Shown: in pieces, positions 30,584 to 41,032 of the stretch | Numbering within the stretch: the first letter of the stretch is position 1 | How the letters are laid out: each line of letters begins with the position of its first letter | Assembly: GCA_963783665.1 (NCBI GenBank) | Contig: CAWANZ010000002.1 | Coordinates: forward strand, 680,984 to 744,983 | Direction of reading: 5' to 3' | DNA from: Candidatus Aminicenantes bacterium | Lineage (GTDB): Bacteria > Acidobacteriota > Aminicenantia > Aminicenantales > UBA4085 | Length of the DNA stretch: 64,000 nt | Notes under the pieces: model-generated | The model's database searches: none | What the model saw: the letters and a program-made list of their open reading frames with translations, nothing else | What the model was told of the DNA's origin: nothing | Program-made: the position numbers and the translations under genes

Positions 30584-32911
30584 ATGAACCCGATTCCGAG
30601 GCTTGCCCTGGCCCTGGCCGCGATGGGGACCTTTCTTTCAACCGGGTGTGGACGGCCGGACGGGCGGGAGATCGAGAACCTGAAAGCTTTTTCGAAGCTC
30701 TACGGTTATGTCCGGTATTTTCATCCTTCCGATGAAGCGGCAAACATCGATTGGGACAAGTTCGCGCTGTTCGGGTCGGAGCGGGTGTTGCACGCGAAAA
30801 ACGAAGCGGCGTTGAGAGACGTCTTGAAATCGCTGTTCCTTCCCGTCGCTCCGACGGCGCGTATTTATCTCGAAGGGGAAGAGCCGGCCGATCAGGCCGA
30901 GGCTGATCCCGCTCGGCCGGAAAGTTTTAAAATCGCCTCTTGGCAACATCTCGGGGTCGAGCTTCCCTATGAAGGCAGCATCTACAAAAGCGTGCGCCTC
31001 AATTGCAAAAACAGAGTGCCGGTGATCGATGCAAGCCAAAACCCCGCGGTCCTGGCCCAAACCTTGGATGCGAGATCCCTCCGGGGAAAGGAATTCCGCC
31101 TGACGGCCTTCGTTAAAGCGGATGCCCCAAACGACGGAGACGCGGGCCGATTATGGGTCCGGGTGGACAAGGAAGACCAGACTGTCAGCTTTTTCGACAA
31201 CATGAGGAACCGGCCCATCCTGTCGCCGGAATGGACCGAATACCGGATCGACGGGACCGTAAGCGCCGAGGCCGTGTCGATCGTTTTCGGCGGCCAGATG
31301 GTCGGGACGGGAAAGGCGTGGTTTGACGATTTCGGGCTCTCGGTGAAGAAGGCAAATGGGGGCTGGGAGCCCGTCTCGCTCGCAAATCCCGGATTCGAGA
31401 CCGATGTGTTCCCGCCGAAGGAGAACGGCTGGAACACCCGCCCGGGCGTGCACGCGTACGCTCTCGACGACCGGGTCGTCCACGGGGGGCTGAAATCGCT
31501 GGTCATCTCAGGCCCGCCGGCCCGACAACCCGAATATGTCATCCCCGAAAAGCTCTTTGACCGGGAAGTCAAAATGGGCGAGGCGGTTGAGGCTCGATTA
31601 ACGGAGAAGCTCAGATGCCGGGTTCCCTTGGCCCTCCCCGTCGATGAAAACGGGACCTTAGGAAAAAGCGACGCCTACCCCCTGGATGCGCTGAGGTCGA
31701 GGCTCAACGCGATCAAGCGGATCGATATGACCGGAGACCGTCTGCCGGTCAGGCTCGGCGGCGTCGTCATCGCTTGGAACGTCTTCCAGCATTTCTACCC
31801 CTACTTCGACGTCGTTTCCGTGGACTGGGAGAAGGTTTTCGAGGATACGATCGCCCGGGCTCTCCGGGACAAGACCGGGGACGAGTTTTACGACACCTTG
31901 AGAATCATGGTGGCCAAGCTCGAAGATGGCCACGGGGTGGTTTATTATTCCCCGGAGATAGCCGAAGGGGGGTTCCCGATCCGGGTCGATTGGATCGAGA
32001 ACCGCATCGTCGTCACCGGGTCCGAGAACCCGCTCTTCGCCAGAGGCGACATCATCGAGTCCATCGACGGCCGGACGGGTGAAGAGGAACTGCGGTTGAA
32101 AGAAGAGCTGGTCTCGGGAGCTCCTCCCCTGCGGCGTTACCGGGCTTTGAATATGTTCGGCTGGGGACCGTCCGGAACGTCCGTTGAATTCGAGACGATC
32201 CGCGACGGCTCACCGCTGAGATTCCGGGCCGAAAGGACCGCGCTGAAGGGGAACCTGTTTTTCAATGGAATCCAAGAGTTCAGCCTTCCCTCCTTCAGGA
32301 AAATCGAGGATGGGATCTTTTACCTCAACATGAGCGTCTCAGAGGACGAGTTTCGCCGCAACCGCGAGGCGCTGGCGGCCGCCAAGGGCGTCATCATCGA
32401 TTGGCGCTGGGCCGGGAATCCCGATCCAAAAGCCCGGCCGGTTTCGGCCCTCGATCTCGTGGCCGCCCTGACTGACCGCCCGGTCCGCTCGGCGATCTTC
32501 AACGTGCCCCGGGTGGTCTATCCCGACCGGAGAGACTGGGAATTCGATAACGGCGGCTGGCCGCTCGAACCGAATCCGCCCCGCCTGGGAGGAAAGGTTC
32601 TCTTTATCGACGAGCCGTCGGTGGTCAGTTTCGGCGAAACCTGCATGGGGATCGTGGAAGCCTACAAGCTGGCCGAGACCGTGGGAGAACCGACAGCCGG
32701 AACGAACGGTAACGCCAATTTCCTCAACCTCCCCGGCCGATACCGGATCATGTGGACCGGCATGCAGGTACTCAAACACGACGGCTCCCAGCATCATTTA
32801 ATCGGCATCCAGCCGACCTACCCGGTCCAGAGAACGGTGAAAGCGGTGAGGGAAGGCCGGGACGAATTTCTGGACAAGGCGATTGAGGTCATAAAAAGAT
32901 CCGATAAATAA
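30584..32911 (+). CDS. S41-family peptidase lipoprotein with inserted carbohydrate-binding-like domain
   Basis: Lipobox LSTGC, LYGYVRYFHPS, jelly-roll insert (GKAWFDD), WNVFQHFYPYF, LEDGH, PDZ-like region, SFGE, GEPTAGTNGN, GIQP. Confidence 0.85.
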   Translation: MNPIPRLALALAAMGTFLSTGCGRPDGREIENLKAFSKLYGYVRYFHPSDEAANIDWDKFALFGSERVLHAKNEAALRDVLKSLFLPVAPTARIYLEGEEPADQAEADPARPESFKIASWQHLGVELPYEGSIYKSVRLNCKNRVPVIDASQNPAVLAQTLDARSLRGKEFRLTAFVKADAPNDGDAGRLWVRVDKEDQTVSFFDNMRNRPILSPEWTEYRIDGTVSAEAVSIVFGGQMVGTGKAWFDDFGLSVKKANGGWEPVSLANPGFETDVFPPKENGWNTRPGVHAYALDDRVVHGGLKSLVISGPPARQPEYVIPEKLFDREVKMGEAVEARLTEKLRCRVPLALPVDENGTLGKSDAYPLDALRSRLNAIKRIDMTGDRLPVRLGGVVIAWNVFQHFYPYFDVVSVDWEKVFEDTIARALRDKTGDEFYDTLRIMVAKLEDGHGVVYYSPEIAEGGFPIRVDWIENRIVVTGSENPLFARGDIIESIDGRTGEEELRLKEELVSGAPPLRRYRALNMFGWGPSGTSVEFETIRDGSPLRFRAERTALKGNLFFNGIQEFSLPSFRKIEDGIFYLNMSVSEDEFRRNREALAAAKGVIIDWRWAGNPDPKARPVSALDLVAALTDRPVRSAIFNVPRVVYPDRRDWEFDNGGWPLEPNPPRLGGKVLFIDEPSVVSFGETCMGIVEAYKLAETVGEPTAGTNGNANFLNLPGRYRIMWTGMQVLKHDGSQHHLIGIQPTYPVQRTVKAVREGRDEFLDKAIEVIKRSDK

Positions 32912-32926
32912 TCGCCGGATTCCGCT

Positions 32927-34465
32927 TCAGGGGACAAGCCGGAAGAGGATCGCCTGGGGACACTCGGCCAAAACCGGGAAAGCGGCCCGCAATTCCTTTT
33001 CGAGGCCGGGGGTCCGGTTCAGGGCAAATCGCTCCCCGATAAAATACCCCGCCCCTTGCCGGGCAAATTCACGGACGGCTTCCAGGGAGGCCGCATCGGA
33101 AGGGATATTCCAGCCCTTGCGGTCCAACCAATAGAAAAAATATGGCGCGTTGTAGGCGACGTCCCGACCGGTCTCGTCTTTCGAAGGGCCGCCGGAGACG
33201 AGGATCCGGCTCCCTTCGGGAATGGATGGGGCAAAGGCTTCGGCACACTGGAAAAGCGGCTCATACGTCCGGGGACGAAAATCCCGGACGACGATGAACG
33301 TCATGAAGCTTAAAACGAGGAGGAATCCGGCGGCCGCGGCTTTCCGTTCGAAGCGCATAAAATCAGAAGATCGCCACCGGGCGGCCAGCCAGGCGGCGGC
33401 CGTCCCGACCGTTAAAGCCGCCGGCGGGACAGCGACGACATGATAATAGATCGCCCAGGAATCTCCGACCGTCCGGATGGCCGCCAGATAATAAAGGCCG
33501 ACGGCAAGTAGCCACCAGGAGATGACCGCCCAGACTTCGCTCCGCTTTTTAAAAAATATCGCGGCGGCCAGAAACGCCGCCCCGACAGGCGTCCAGACGA
33601 AAACGCTCTCGATCCGAATCGCTCCGGCCAGCAAATCCAGGAGGGTGCGGGGCGAGCGGACAAGGTCCCAGCCCAGCCAGTGTGTCTCGTTGCTTAGGCC
33701 AAGCGAATTCCCATATTCTAAAAAAAGCCCATGCGCATGGGCGTACCAAGCTGCGGCCGGGATCAGGGTCAGCGCGCCAAAAGCCAGGACCTCCGAGCGT
33801 AAAAGGGCCTTCCATCCTTTTTTTCGAATCAGGAGGGCGGCCAGCAGAATCCCGACATGGGCGGCCGGGGCTTTGACCAGGATCGCCCCTGCGATCGCGG
33901 CGGCCGAGTACGCGTAATATTTCCACCCGTCCCCTTCCAGCCAGCGCAAAAAGAAAAAAACGCCGGAGAGTAGCAAGAGGAGCATCAAGCCTTCGGGTTG
34001 GAGGGAATTGGCCACCCGGACGGCCAGGGGGCTGAGAGCGAAAAAAAGGCCGGCCGCCGCCGCCCCGGCCGATGGCAGGAGACGCCGGGCCAGGGCGAAA
34101 AAAACCAGCAGGGCGAGGAGAGAGAATCCCCACATGAGGACACGGCCGATTTCCTCATGGATTCCGAAAATCTTGTAGAAAACGGCCATGGTCCAGGGGA
34201 TGACCGGGAATTCCATCTCGGCGTATCCCGGACCGGAGCCCCGCCAATCGATCCGCGGGCGGAGAATATTCATCCCCTCGCGGGCGAAGTTCCGGGCGAC
34301 GGCCGCGTAATCGCACTCCCGCCAGGATTCCCGGACCCGGCCGTCGGCCGGACGGAGGACATCGACGGCCCGGACCGCCGCTCCGAGGATGAAGAGGACA
34401 AGAAAAACACGGGCGGCTTTTTTCGAATCGGGAGCGTTTCGCGCAACCGCGCCGGGGAGGATCAC
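32927..34465 (-). CDS. GT39/ArnT-like integral membrane glycosyltransferase
   Basis: WRECDYAAVARNF, EFP, QPE, LVKAP and many TM helices. Start placed at GTG 34465, 6 nt after TATAAT. Confidence 0.8.
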   Translation of the reverse strand: MILPGAVARNAPDSKKAARVFLVLFILGAAVRAVDVLRPADGRVRESWRECDYAAVARNFAREGMNILRPRIDWRGSGPGYAEMEFPVIPWTMAVFYKIFGIHEEIGRVLMWGFSLLALLVFFALARRLLPSAGAAAAGLFFALSPLAVRVANSLQPEGLMLLLLLSGVFFFLRWLEGDGWKYYAYSAAAIAGAILVKAPAAHVGILLAALLIRKKGWKALLRSEVLAFGALTLIPAAAWYAHAHGLFLEYGNSLGLSNETHWLGWDLVRSPRTLLDLLAGAIRIESVFVWTPVGAAFLAAAIFFKKRSEVWAVISWWLLAVGLYYLAAIRTVGDSWAIYYHVVAVPPAALTVGTAAAWLAARWRSSDFMRFERKAAAAGFLLVLSFMTFIVVRDFRPRTYEPLFQCAEAFAPSIPEGSRILVSGGPSKDETGRDVAYNAPYFFYWLDRKGWNIPSDAASLEAVREFARQGAGYFIGERFALNRTPGLEKELRAAFPVLAECPQAILFRLVP

Positions 34466-34523
34466 TTCCCTATTATACATAAAGAGAACGACGGGCCACC
34501 CCCGCCGCCGCGCCCGGCGCCGA

Positions 34524-36065
34524 TCATTGGTAGACGACGGCTTCGCGAATCCGGATCTTCTTCCCCTTGGACCGGGAGTCGGCGTCCTCCCGGACGACGA
34601 CGCGGATCTCGTGAGCCCCGGGATCTAAACCATAGGCGTGCCATAAAACGTCGTCGTATGTGTTCGCGAAGAAATATGCGTCGATGCCGCGCGGCTGCCG
34701 TTCGCCGTCCAGATAGACATCGGCCCGGCCTCCGTTTTCGAGATACGTTCCCTGCAGGGCGATCGCCGCCCCGGAGAATCGCAGCGTCATTTCCGCGCCC
34801 GGCCCGGCTTCCCGACCGTCGGACGCGGACGCCCATGGGCCTTTCCACTCAAAAGCGGCGTCCTTCCATTCGACGGGCGCGGCCGCCGTCCCCATTTCCC
34901 ACTGTTCCAGCGCGGCCGGGACGGGAAGCTGAACCGGAATCGACACCGATGTCTCCGTAACATCGCCGCCGGCCCGTTCGACCAGGGCAAGAGCCCGCCT
35001 GACCGTCGCTTCACAGACGTCAACGAAGCTGGATTGCGTATAGTCGAACTTGCGGTTGGCGATCGCCGGGATCCCGCTTTTCCATTTGTCGGGGATGGCT
35101 TGATATCCCTTCATCACACCCAGAATCCCGGCCGCCGATGAAGGATTGCAATCGCTATCCTGGCCGGAACGGACGGCGATTTCCAGGGTCCTTTCGAAGT
35201 CCCCCTCCCCCATCAACAGGGCCAGGGCGACATATGCGCCGTTGAGCTTGGCGTCAATATTGAAAGGCCGTCCGGCCCCCTCGGGGCAGGCGTCGTCCTT
35301 ATCCCATTTTTCTTCGAGCTTCTTCCAGACCGGGCGCCAGTCTCCCCCTTCCCGGCTCCAGTCCAGGACATCGCGCAGGATGGCGGCATAGCGGCTTTGG
35401 ACGGGAAGGCAGGCCAATCCGGCTTCGACGACTTTGCGCGGATCGGTTTCGAAAAACGCGGCCGCATACATCCCGTTCAGCCAGATGCCCCCATAAAGAC
35501 CGTCGCCGTAATTCATCACCCGGCCGACCCGTTCGGAATAGAGCAAGGCGGATTGCGGGAGCCCCGGGCACATCATCCCGATAAAATCGGCTTCGATCTG
35601 AAAATCGATGTCGTTTGAGTGGGGATTGTATTTCGGATCTCCCGACAAAGGCGCCGGGATGCCCAGATTGAGCAGGCGCCGGGCGGCGGCGTTGGCGTGC
35701 CAGAGGCTGTACCGGCTCGCTCTGAAAGCTTCGCCGTATGCGACGACCGTCGCCTCCAGCCCGAGCCGGTCCATGGTTTCGGACATCGTCATGCCGACAT
35801 AAAGGTCGTCCTGGACGAGTGCGTTCTCGACGCGCTCGGGAGACCAGGGCAAGGGTTCCTCATACGTTTCTCCCCGGGCCTCGAATTCCGAAGGCGCGCC
35901 GAAGGACACGCCGATCATTTTTCCCGCCCAGCCGCCGCGGATTTTGTCTTCGAGAGCGGCCCGGGTTATGGTTCGGGAAACCGGCGCGTTCCGGCACGCC
36001 GCCGTGATGACGAGAAGCCCGAGGCCGAGCCATCCGGTCCTTTGTCCGTACGGGAATCGTCTCAT
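34524..36065 (-). CDS. ADP-ribosylglycohydrolase-family lipoprotein
   Basis: Lipobox ITAAC, DKIRGGWAG, QDDLY, DIDFQIEAD, GQDSDCN, C-terminal beta-sandwich. Confidence 0.85.
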   Translation of the reverse strand: MRRFPYGQRTGWLGLGLLVITAACRNAPVSRTITRAALEDKIRGGWAGKMIGVSFGAPSEFEARGETYEEPLPWSPERVENALVQDDLYVGMTMSETMDRLGLEATVVAYGEAFRASRYSLWHANAAARRLLNLGIPAPLSGDPKYNPHSNDIDFQIEADFIGMMCPGLPQSALLYSERVGRVMNYGDGLYGGIWLNGMYAAAFFETDPRKVVEAGLACLPVQSRYAAILRDVLDWSREGGDWRPVWKKLEEKWDKDDACPEGAGRPFNIDAKLNGAYVALALLMGEGDFERTLEIAVRSGQDSDCNPSSAAGILGVMKGYQAIPDKWKSGIPAIANRKFDYTQSSFVDVCEATVRRALALVERAGGDVTETSVSIPVQLPVPAALEQWEMGTAAAPVEWKDAAFEWKGPWASASDGREAGPGAEMTLRFSGAAIALQGTYLENGGRADVYLDGERQPRGIDAYFFANTYDDVLWHAYGLDPGAHEIRVVVREDADSRSKGKKIRIREAVVYQ

Positions 36066-36166
36066 CTTCCGCCCTCCGCCTGTCTTTCGTTTTGGATTCT
36101 CCCCGGAGAAGTCCGGAGGGCTATTATACCTGATAAGCCGGGGGAGGGTCAGGCGGCGGCTATCGC

Positions 36167-36195
36167 TTGACAGTCCGCAGGTCACGCCTTAAACT
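36167..36195 (+). promoter_or_regulatory. sigma70-type promoter of por operon (TTGACA-N17-TAAACT)
   Basis: Consensus -35 and 17-nt spacer. A divergent TATAAT lies at 36123-36128 on minus. Confidence 0.65.
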
Positions 36196-36249
36196 ACTCT
36201 ACTCTTGAAGTATCCTGCCCTTCGGAACCTCGCTTAAAGGAGATGAAAC

Positions 36250-36804
36250 ATGGTTGAAATCCGCTTTCACGGCCGGGGCGGCCAAGGCACCGTCGTCGCC
36301 TCGAAAATCCTGGCCGACACCCTCGCCAAAGAGGGCAATTACGTCCAGGCCTACCCCGAATTCGGGGTGGAACGCCGCGGCTCGCCGGTCGTGGCCTTCA
36401 TCCGCATCGACGATAAGCAGATTTTCGACAAAAGCCGGATCTACGAGCCCGATCACGTCATCGTCGTCGATCCGACCTTGGTCGAGGCCATCGACGTCAC
36501 CGAGGGCCTTAAAGACGGCGGCCGGATCCTGATCAACAGCGACAAGCCGGCCGACCATTTCAAGTTCCCGGCCAAGTTCAAGGTTTCGACAATCAACGCC
36601 ACCGAGATCGCCGTCCGGAACAAGCTCGGCAGTCTGGCCGCGCCGATCGTCAACACGGCGATCGTCGGGGCGGTTGTCCGGGTCTTCAAATTCGCCAAGC
36701 TCGAGTCCCTGCTCGGGGCGATCGCCGAAGCGATCAACATCAAGCCCGAAGCCAACCAGAAAGCGGCGGCCGAGGCCTACGAACAGGCCGGGTCGATCGT
36801 CTGA
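36250..36804 (+). CDS. porC: Pyruvate/2-oxoacid:ferredoxin oxidoreductase gamma subunit
   Basis: EIRFHGRGGQG, FGVERRGSPV, IVNTAIVGA. Confidence 0.93.
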   Translation: MVEIRFHGRGGQGTVVASKILADTLAKEGNYVQAYPEFGVERRGSPVVAFIRIDDKQIFDKSRIYEPDHVIVVDPTLVEAIDVTEGLKDGGRILINSDKPADHFKFPAKFKVSTINATEIAVRNKLGSLAAPIVNTAIVGAVVRVFKFAKLESLLGAIAEAINIKPEANQKAAAEAYEQAGSIV

Positions 36805-36815
36805 GGGAAACCGCC

Positions 36816-37115
36816 ATGCCAAAGAAAAGAGACGCAAAAAAAATCGTCTACGAATCCGAAAAAGAGATGCCCCAGATGCCCATGTCCCAGGGCTCGATGC
36901 TCTGGAACAAGACGGGCAAATGGCGGAACATCCGGCCGGAGATCGACCTGGAGAAATGCATCCAGTGCGGGATCTGCTGGAAGTTCTGCCCGGACATGTC
37001 GATCGTGATCGAGAACGAGTTCCCGGCCGTCGACTACGACTTCTGCAAGGGCTGCGGGATCTGCGCCGAGGAATGCCCGACGAAATGCATCGTCATGGTG
37101 GAGGAACGGAAATGA
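36816..37115 (+). CDS. porD: 2-oxoacid:ferredoxin oxidoreductase delta subunit
   Basis: TGKWR..RP and two CxxCxxCxxxCP motifs. Confidence 0.93.
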   Translation: MPKKRDAKKIVYESEKEMPQMPMSQGSMLWNKTGKWRNIRPEIDLEKCIQCGICWKFCPDMSIVIENEFPAVDYDFCKGCGICAEECPTKCIVMVEERK

Positions 37116-38266
37116 AGAAAGTCATTATGGGCAACCACGCCCTGTCCTACGGGGCGATGCTCTCCCGGTCCCAGGTCATCTCGGCCTACCCGATCACTCC
37201 CCAGACCCAGGTCGTGGAGCTTCTCTCGGAGATGTGCGCCGACGGGACGCTCCAGGCGAAGTTCATCAAGGTCGAGTCCGAGCACTCGGCCATGGCCTCC
37301 TGCATCGGCGCCTCGATCGCCGGGGCCCGGACGTTCACCGCGACCTCGGCCCAGGGGCTGGCCCTGATGCACGAGATGCTCCATTGGGCCTCCGGCGGGC
37401 GGCTGCCGATCGTCATGGGCAACATCAACCGGGCCATGGCCCCCGGCTGGTCGATCTGGACGGACCAGAACGATAGCCTGAGCCAGCGCGACACCGGCTG
37501 GATGCAGTTCTACTGCTCGAGCAACCAGGAAGTCCTCGACACGACGATCCAGGCCTTCAAAATCGCCGAAACCGTCGGCATCCCGGCCATGGTCGTCCTC
37601 GACGCGTTCGCCCTCTCCCATACCTACGAGGTCGTCGATATCCCCGACCAGGACAAGGTCGACGCCTACCTTCCCCCTTACAAACCCTACGCCCGGCTAA
37701 CCCCGGACGCCCCTTGCGCCTTCGACGGCCTGACCGGCCCGGAGCATTATTTCGAGCTTCGCTATAAGCTCCAGAAGGACATGGAGAAAGTCCCGGCCCT
37801 GTTCGATGAGACAAGCCGGGAGTTCGAGAAAATTTTCGGTCGCCGCCTCGAAGCGGTCGAGCCTTACATGTGCGACGACGCCGAAATCATCCTCGTCACC
37901 TCGGGAACGGCGGGCTACACGGCCCGCGTCGCCGTCGACGAAATGAGAAAGGAAGGGATCAAGGTCGGAAACCTCCGCATGCGGATGTTCCGGCCGTTCC
38001 CCTTCGACGCCGTCCGGCGGATCCTCTCCAAGACTCCCAAAATCGCCGTCATGGACCGGAACATCTCCTACGGCTACCACGGCATCTTCTGCCAGGAAGT
38101 GAAATCGGCCCTGAACGGGTCCGGATCCAAGGCCCCCGTCTTCGGGTTCATCGCCGGCCTGGGCGGCCGGGACATCACCGTCGGGTCCTTCCGCGAGGTC
38201 GTCGACATCACCCGGCGGCAGGACAAGCCGGCCGAGGAGATCAACTGGATCGGAGTCAAAAAATGA
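37112..38266 (+). CDS. porA: 2-oxoacid:ferredoxin oxidoreductase alpha subunit
   Basis: AYPITPQT, VESEHSA, TATSAQGL, GLGGRD. Confidence 0.94.
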   Translation: MKKVIMGNHALSYGAMLSRSQVISAYPITPQTQVVELLSEMCADGTLQAKFIKVESEHSAMASCIGASIAGARTFTATSAQGLALMHEMLHWASGGRLPIVMGNINRAMAPGWSIWTDQNDSLSQRDTGWMQFYCSSNQEVLDTTIQAFKIAETVGIPAMVVLDAFALSHTYEVVDIPDQDKVDAYLPPYKPYARLTPDAPCAFDGLTGPEHYFELRYKLQKDMEKVPALFDETSREFEKIFGRRLEAVEPYMCDDAEIILVTSGTAGYTARVAVDEMRKEGIKVGNLRMRMFRPFPFDAVRRILSKTPKIAVMDRNISYGYHGIFCQEVKSALNGSGSKAPVFGFIAGLGGRDITVGSFREVVDITRRQDKPAEEINWIGVKK

Positions 38267-39162
38267 GCAAAGAAAAGAAAATGCGGCTGTCCCTTCCGGA
38301 AGAGGAGCTCGTCGGCCCGGGCAACCTGGCCTGCCAGGGCTGCGGGGCTAACCTGGCTCTCCGCTACGTCCTCAAGGCCTTCGGGAAACGGACCGTCATC
38401 TGCATCCCGGCCTGTTGCTGGGCGGTCATCGACGGGGCCTTCCCCCACTCCTGCATGGGCATCCCGGTCTATCACTGCGCCTTCGAAACGGCCGCCTCCA
38501 CAGCGACCGGGGTCAAGGCCGGCCTGGAAATGGTCGGCGACGCCGAAACCCAGGTCATCGCCTGGGCCGGCGACGGCGGAACCTTCGACATCGGGATCCA
38601 GGCCCTCAGCGGCGCCGCCGAGCGCAACGACGACATCCTCTATGTCTGCTACGACAACGAGGCGTACATGAACACGGGCATCCAGCGCTCGTCGGCCACC
38701 CCCCTGGGAGCCTGGACGACGACGACGCCGGTCAAGTTCCCCAAGGACCAGCCCAAGAAGGACATCGACGCGATCATGGCCGCCCACCGGATCCCCTACC
38801 AGGCCACCGCCTCGATCGCCTATCCGGAGGACTTGTACAAAAAGGCGCTCAAGGCCAAGAACACCCGAGGGACGAAATTCATCCACATCTACGCCCCCTG
38901 CCCGACGGGTTGGAAAAGCCGGCCCGAGGACGCGGTGAAACTGGCCCGGCTGGCCGTCCAAACCTGCTATTTCCCCCTCTACGAGGTCGAATACGGCGAA
39001 AAATACACCCTCAATATCAAGGTCCAGAACAAGAAGCCGATCGACGAGTACATCAAGCTCCAGGGCCGCTACCGGCACTTGAAACCCGAGGGCATCGCGG
39101 CCATCCAGGCCGGGATCGACCAGAATTGGGAACGACTTCTGAAGAAGGTGAACGCCGGCTGA
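38263..39162 (+). CDS. porB: 2-oxoacid:ferredoxin oxidoreductase beta subunit
   Basis: ACQGCG, GDGGTFDIG...DNEAYMNTGIQRS TPP motif, PCPTGW. Confidence 0.94.
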   Translation: MSKEKKMRLSLPEEELVGPGNLACQGCGANLALRYVLKAFGKRTVICIPACCWAVIDGAFPHSCMGIPVYHCAFETAASTATGVKAGLEMVGDAETQVIAWAGDGGTFDIGIQALSGAAERNDDILYVCYDNEAYMNTGIQRSSATPLGAWTTTTPVKFPKDQPKKDIDAIMAAHRIPYQATASIAYPEDLYKKALKAKNTRGTKFIHIYAPCPTGWKSRPEDAVKLARLAVQTCYFPLYEVEYGEKYTLNIKVQNKKPIDEYIKLQGRYRHLKPEGIAAIQAGIDQNWERLLKKVNAG

Positions 39163-39186
39163 GCCGGAGTCGCCAACGTCTAACCA

Positions 39187-39215
39187 GGGGGGCCTTCCCG
39201 GCCCCCCTTTTTTTT
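39187..39215 (+). terminator. Rho-independent terminator of por operon
   Basis: GGGGGGCC-TTCCC-GGCCCCCC stem-loop followed by T8. Confidence 0.85.
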
Positions 39216-39232
39216 CATATGATAGGGACGTC

Positions 39233-40357
39233 ATGCGTCGAGGCAAGTTCCTGTCCCGGCTCCATTCCCGGTTCGAAGGCGGAAGCCTCTTCGAGCGGAT
39301 GTTCGTCGACGACGACCTGCGAACCCACGTCCAGACGATCCTCGTCTGCGGGATCCTTTCGGTCGTCAGCGCGGCCATGTGCCTGATCAACCTGGCCGGC
39401 GGGGCCAAGATCATGGCCCTGAGCACCGGGGCGTTCGCCCTGTTGTCCCTGCTCTCTCTCTTCATCACGGTCGTTTCCGGGTCCCATGCCTTCGCCTCGG
39501 CGGTCATGGCCGCGGCCGTCCTGGTTCTCTTCACCTCGTTCCTGTATGACGGCGGAGTCAACGGCTTCAGCCCGATCTGGATCTGCCTCCTCCCGCCGAC
39601 AGGCATGTTTTTCTTCGGAATCCGGAAAGGGACGGCGATCTCAACGGCCATGCTGGCCGTCGTCGTCGGTCTGCTCTGGACGCCGCTTTTCCGAGCCCTC
39701 CCATATGCGTATTCCCGGACATTCCAGGTCCGCTTTCCGATTGTCTACATGAGCTGTTTTCTCATCGCCTACGCCCTGGAATACTACCGCCATCACACCC
39801 AGAAAATGCTCGAGGAATCCAACCGCCGGCTCGAAGCGATGAGCCTGGTGGACCAGCTGACGGGCATCGAGAATCGGCGGGGCTTCGACCGGAAGCTGAC
39901 CGAGGCCTGGAACTACGCTCTTCGCTCGGGTGGCGTCCTCTCCCTTCTCATGGTCGATATCGACCATTTCAAGAAGTACAACGACCACTACGGCCACCTG
40001 GCCGGCGACACCGTCCTCATCCGGACGGCCAAGGCGATCAGCGAGGTCATTTCCCGGAAAACCGATACGGTGGCCCGCTGGGGCGGCGAGGAATTCGCCG
40101 TTCTTCTCCCCTACGCCGACCCCCGGGGGGCGGGCAACATCGCCCTGGCCGTCCGGGAAGCCGTCGAAAAGCTGAACGTCCCCCACAAGAAAACCCTCCT
40201 GCCGCGGAAGGTCCTGACGGTCAGCATCGGGGCGGCGACGATCCGCCCGGCCAAGGGCAAATCCGCTCTGGAGCTGGTCGCCCTGGCCGACCAGGTCCTC
40301 TACGCCGCCAAGAACAACGGCCGCGACCGCATCGAGACGGATTTCGTCTCGGCTTGA
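39233..40357 (+). CDS. Membrane-bound diguanylate cyclase
   Basis: About 6 TM helices, DQLTG, DIDHFKKYND.YGH..GD, RxxD I-site (RKTD), GGEEF. Confidence 0.92.
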   Translation: MRRGKFLSRLHSRFEGGSLFERMFVDDDLRTHVQTILVCGILSVVSAAMCLINLAGGAKIMALSTGAFALLSLLSLFITVVSGSHAFASAVMAAAVLVLFTSFLYDGGVNGFSPIWICLLPPTGMFFFGIRKGTAISTAMLAVVVGLLWTPLFRALPYAYSRTFQVRFPIVYMSCFLIAYALEYYRHHTQKMLEESNRRLEAMSLVDQLTGIENRRGFDRKLTEAWNYALRSGGVLSLLMVDIDHFKKYNDHYGHLAGDTVLIRTAKAISEVISRKTDTVARWGGEEFAVLLPYADPRGAGNIALAVREAVEKLNVPHKKTLLPRKVLTVSIGAATIRPAKGKSALELVALADQVLYAAKNNGRDRIETDFVSA

Positions 40358-40479
40358 GCCGGAGGACATGGGCCGCCCGAGGGGAAACCGGCCGCCGCTT
40401 CCGGCTCGCTCCCGGACTTGATTTTTTTCGCGGGTGACGTATAATATATTAGATGTTCTTTATATAAAGGATTTATAAT

Positions 40480-40974
40480 ATGCGACACAAGGTTCCGTTC
40501 ACCCTCCTCCTTCTCACCTTGATCTTCTCCGTATCGGGCTGCGCCGGCGACGCATCCGGAATCAAAGCCCCCGATTTCTTCGCCACCGGCCTCGACGGCC
40601 GGCTTCTCGATTCGGCCGCCCTCAAAGGAAAGGTCGTCGTCGTCAATTTCTGGGCGACCTGGTGCCCTCCCTGCCGGGCCGAGATTCCCGACTTCATCGC
40701 GGTCTATGAAGCGAACAAGGACAAAGGTCTGGAAATCCTCGGTTTTTCCGTCGACGACATCCCTCCCGCCCAGCTCAAGGACTTCGTCGATCAATTCAAG
40801 ATAACCTATCCGGTCGCCTTCGCTCCCGAAAGCGTGGTCAAGGCCTTCGCTCCCGGACAATACATCCCGACAACGTTCCTTATCGATAAAAAAGGGAACA
40901 TCCGGCACAAGCAGGTCGGAGCCATGGACAAGGCTTCGCTGTCCGAATGGGTCGACCGCCTCTTGAAGGAATAG
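40480..40974 (+). CDS. TlpA/ResA-family thiol-disulfide oxidoreductase
   Basis: Lipobox VSGC, NFWATWCPPC, IPTTFLID. Confidence 0.92.
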   Translation: MRHKVPFTLLLLTLIFSVSGCAGDASGIKAPDFFATGLDGRLLDSAALKGKVVVVNFWATWCPPCRAEIPDFIAVYEANKDKGLEILGFSVDDIPPAQLKDFVDQFKITYPVAFAPESVVKAFAPGQYIPTTFLIDKKGNIRHKQVGAMDKASLSEWVDRLLKE

Positions 40975-41032
40975 GCCGACCGGATCTTCGGGGCAATTGC
41001 CTTCCTGGAAGAGGGTGCATTATACTCGGGGC

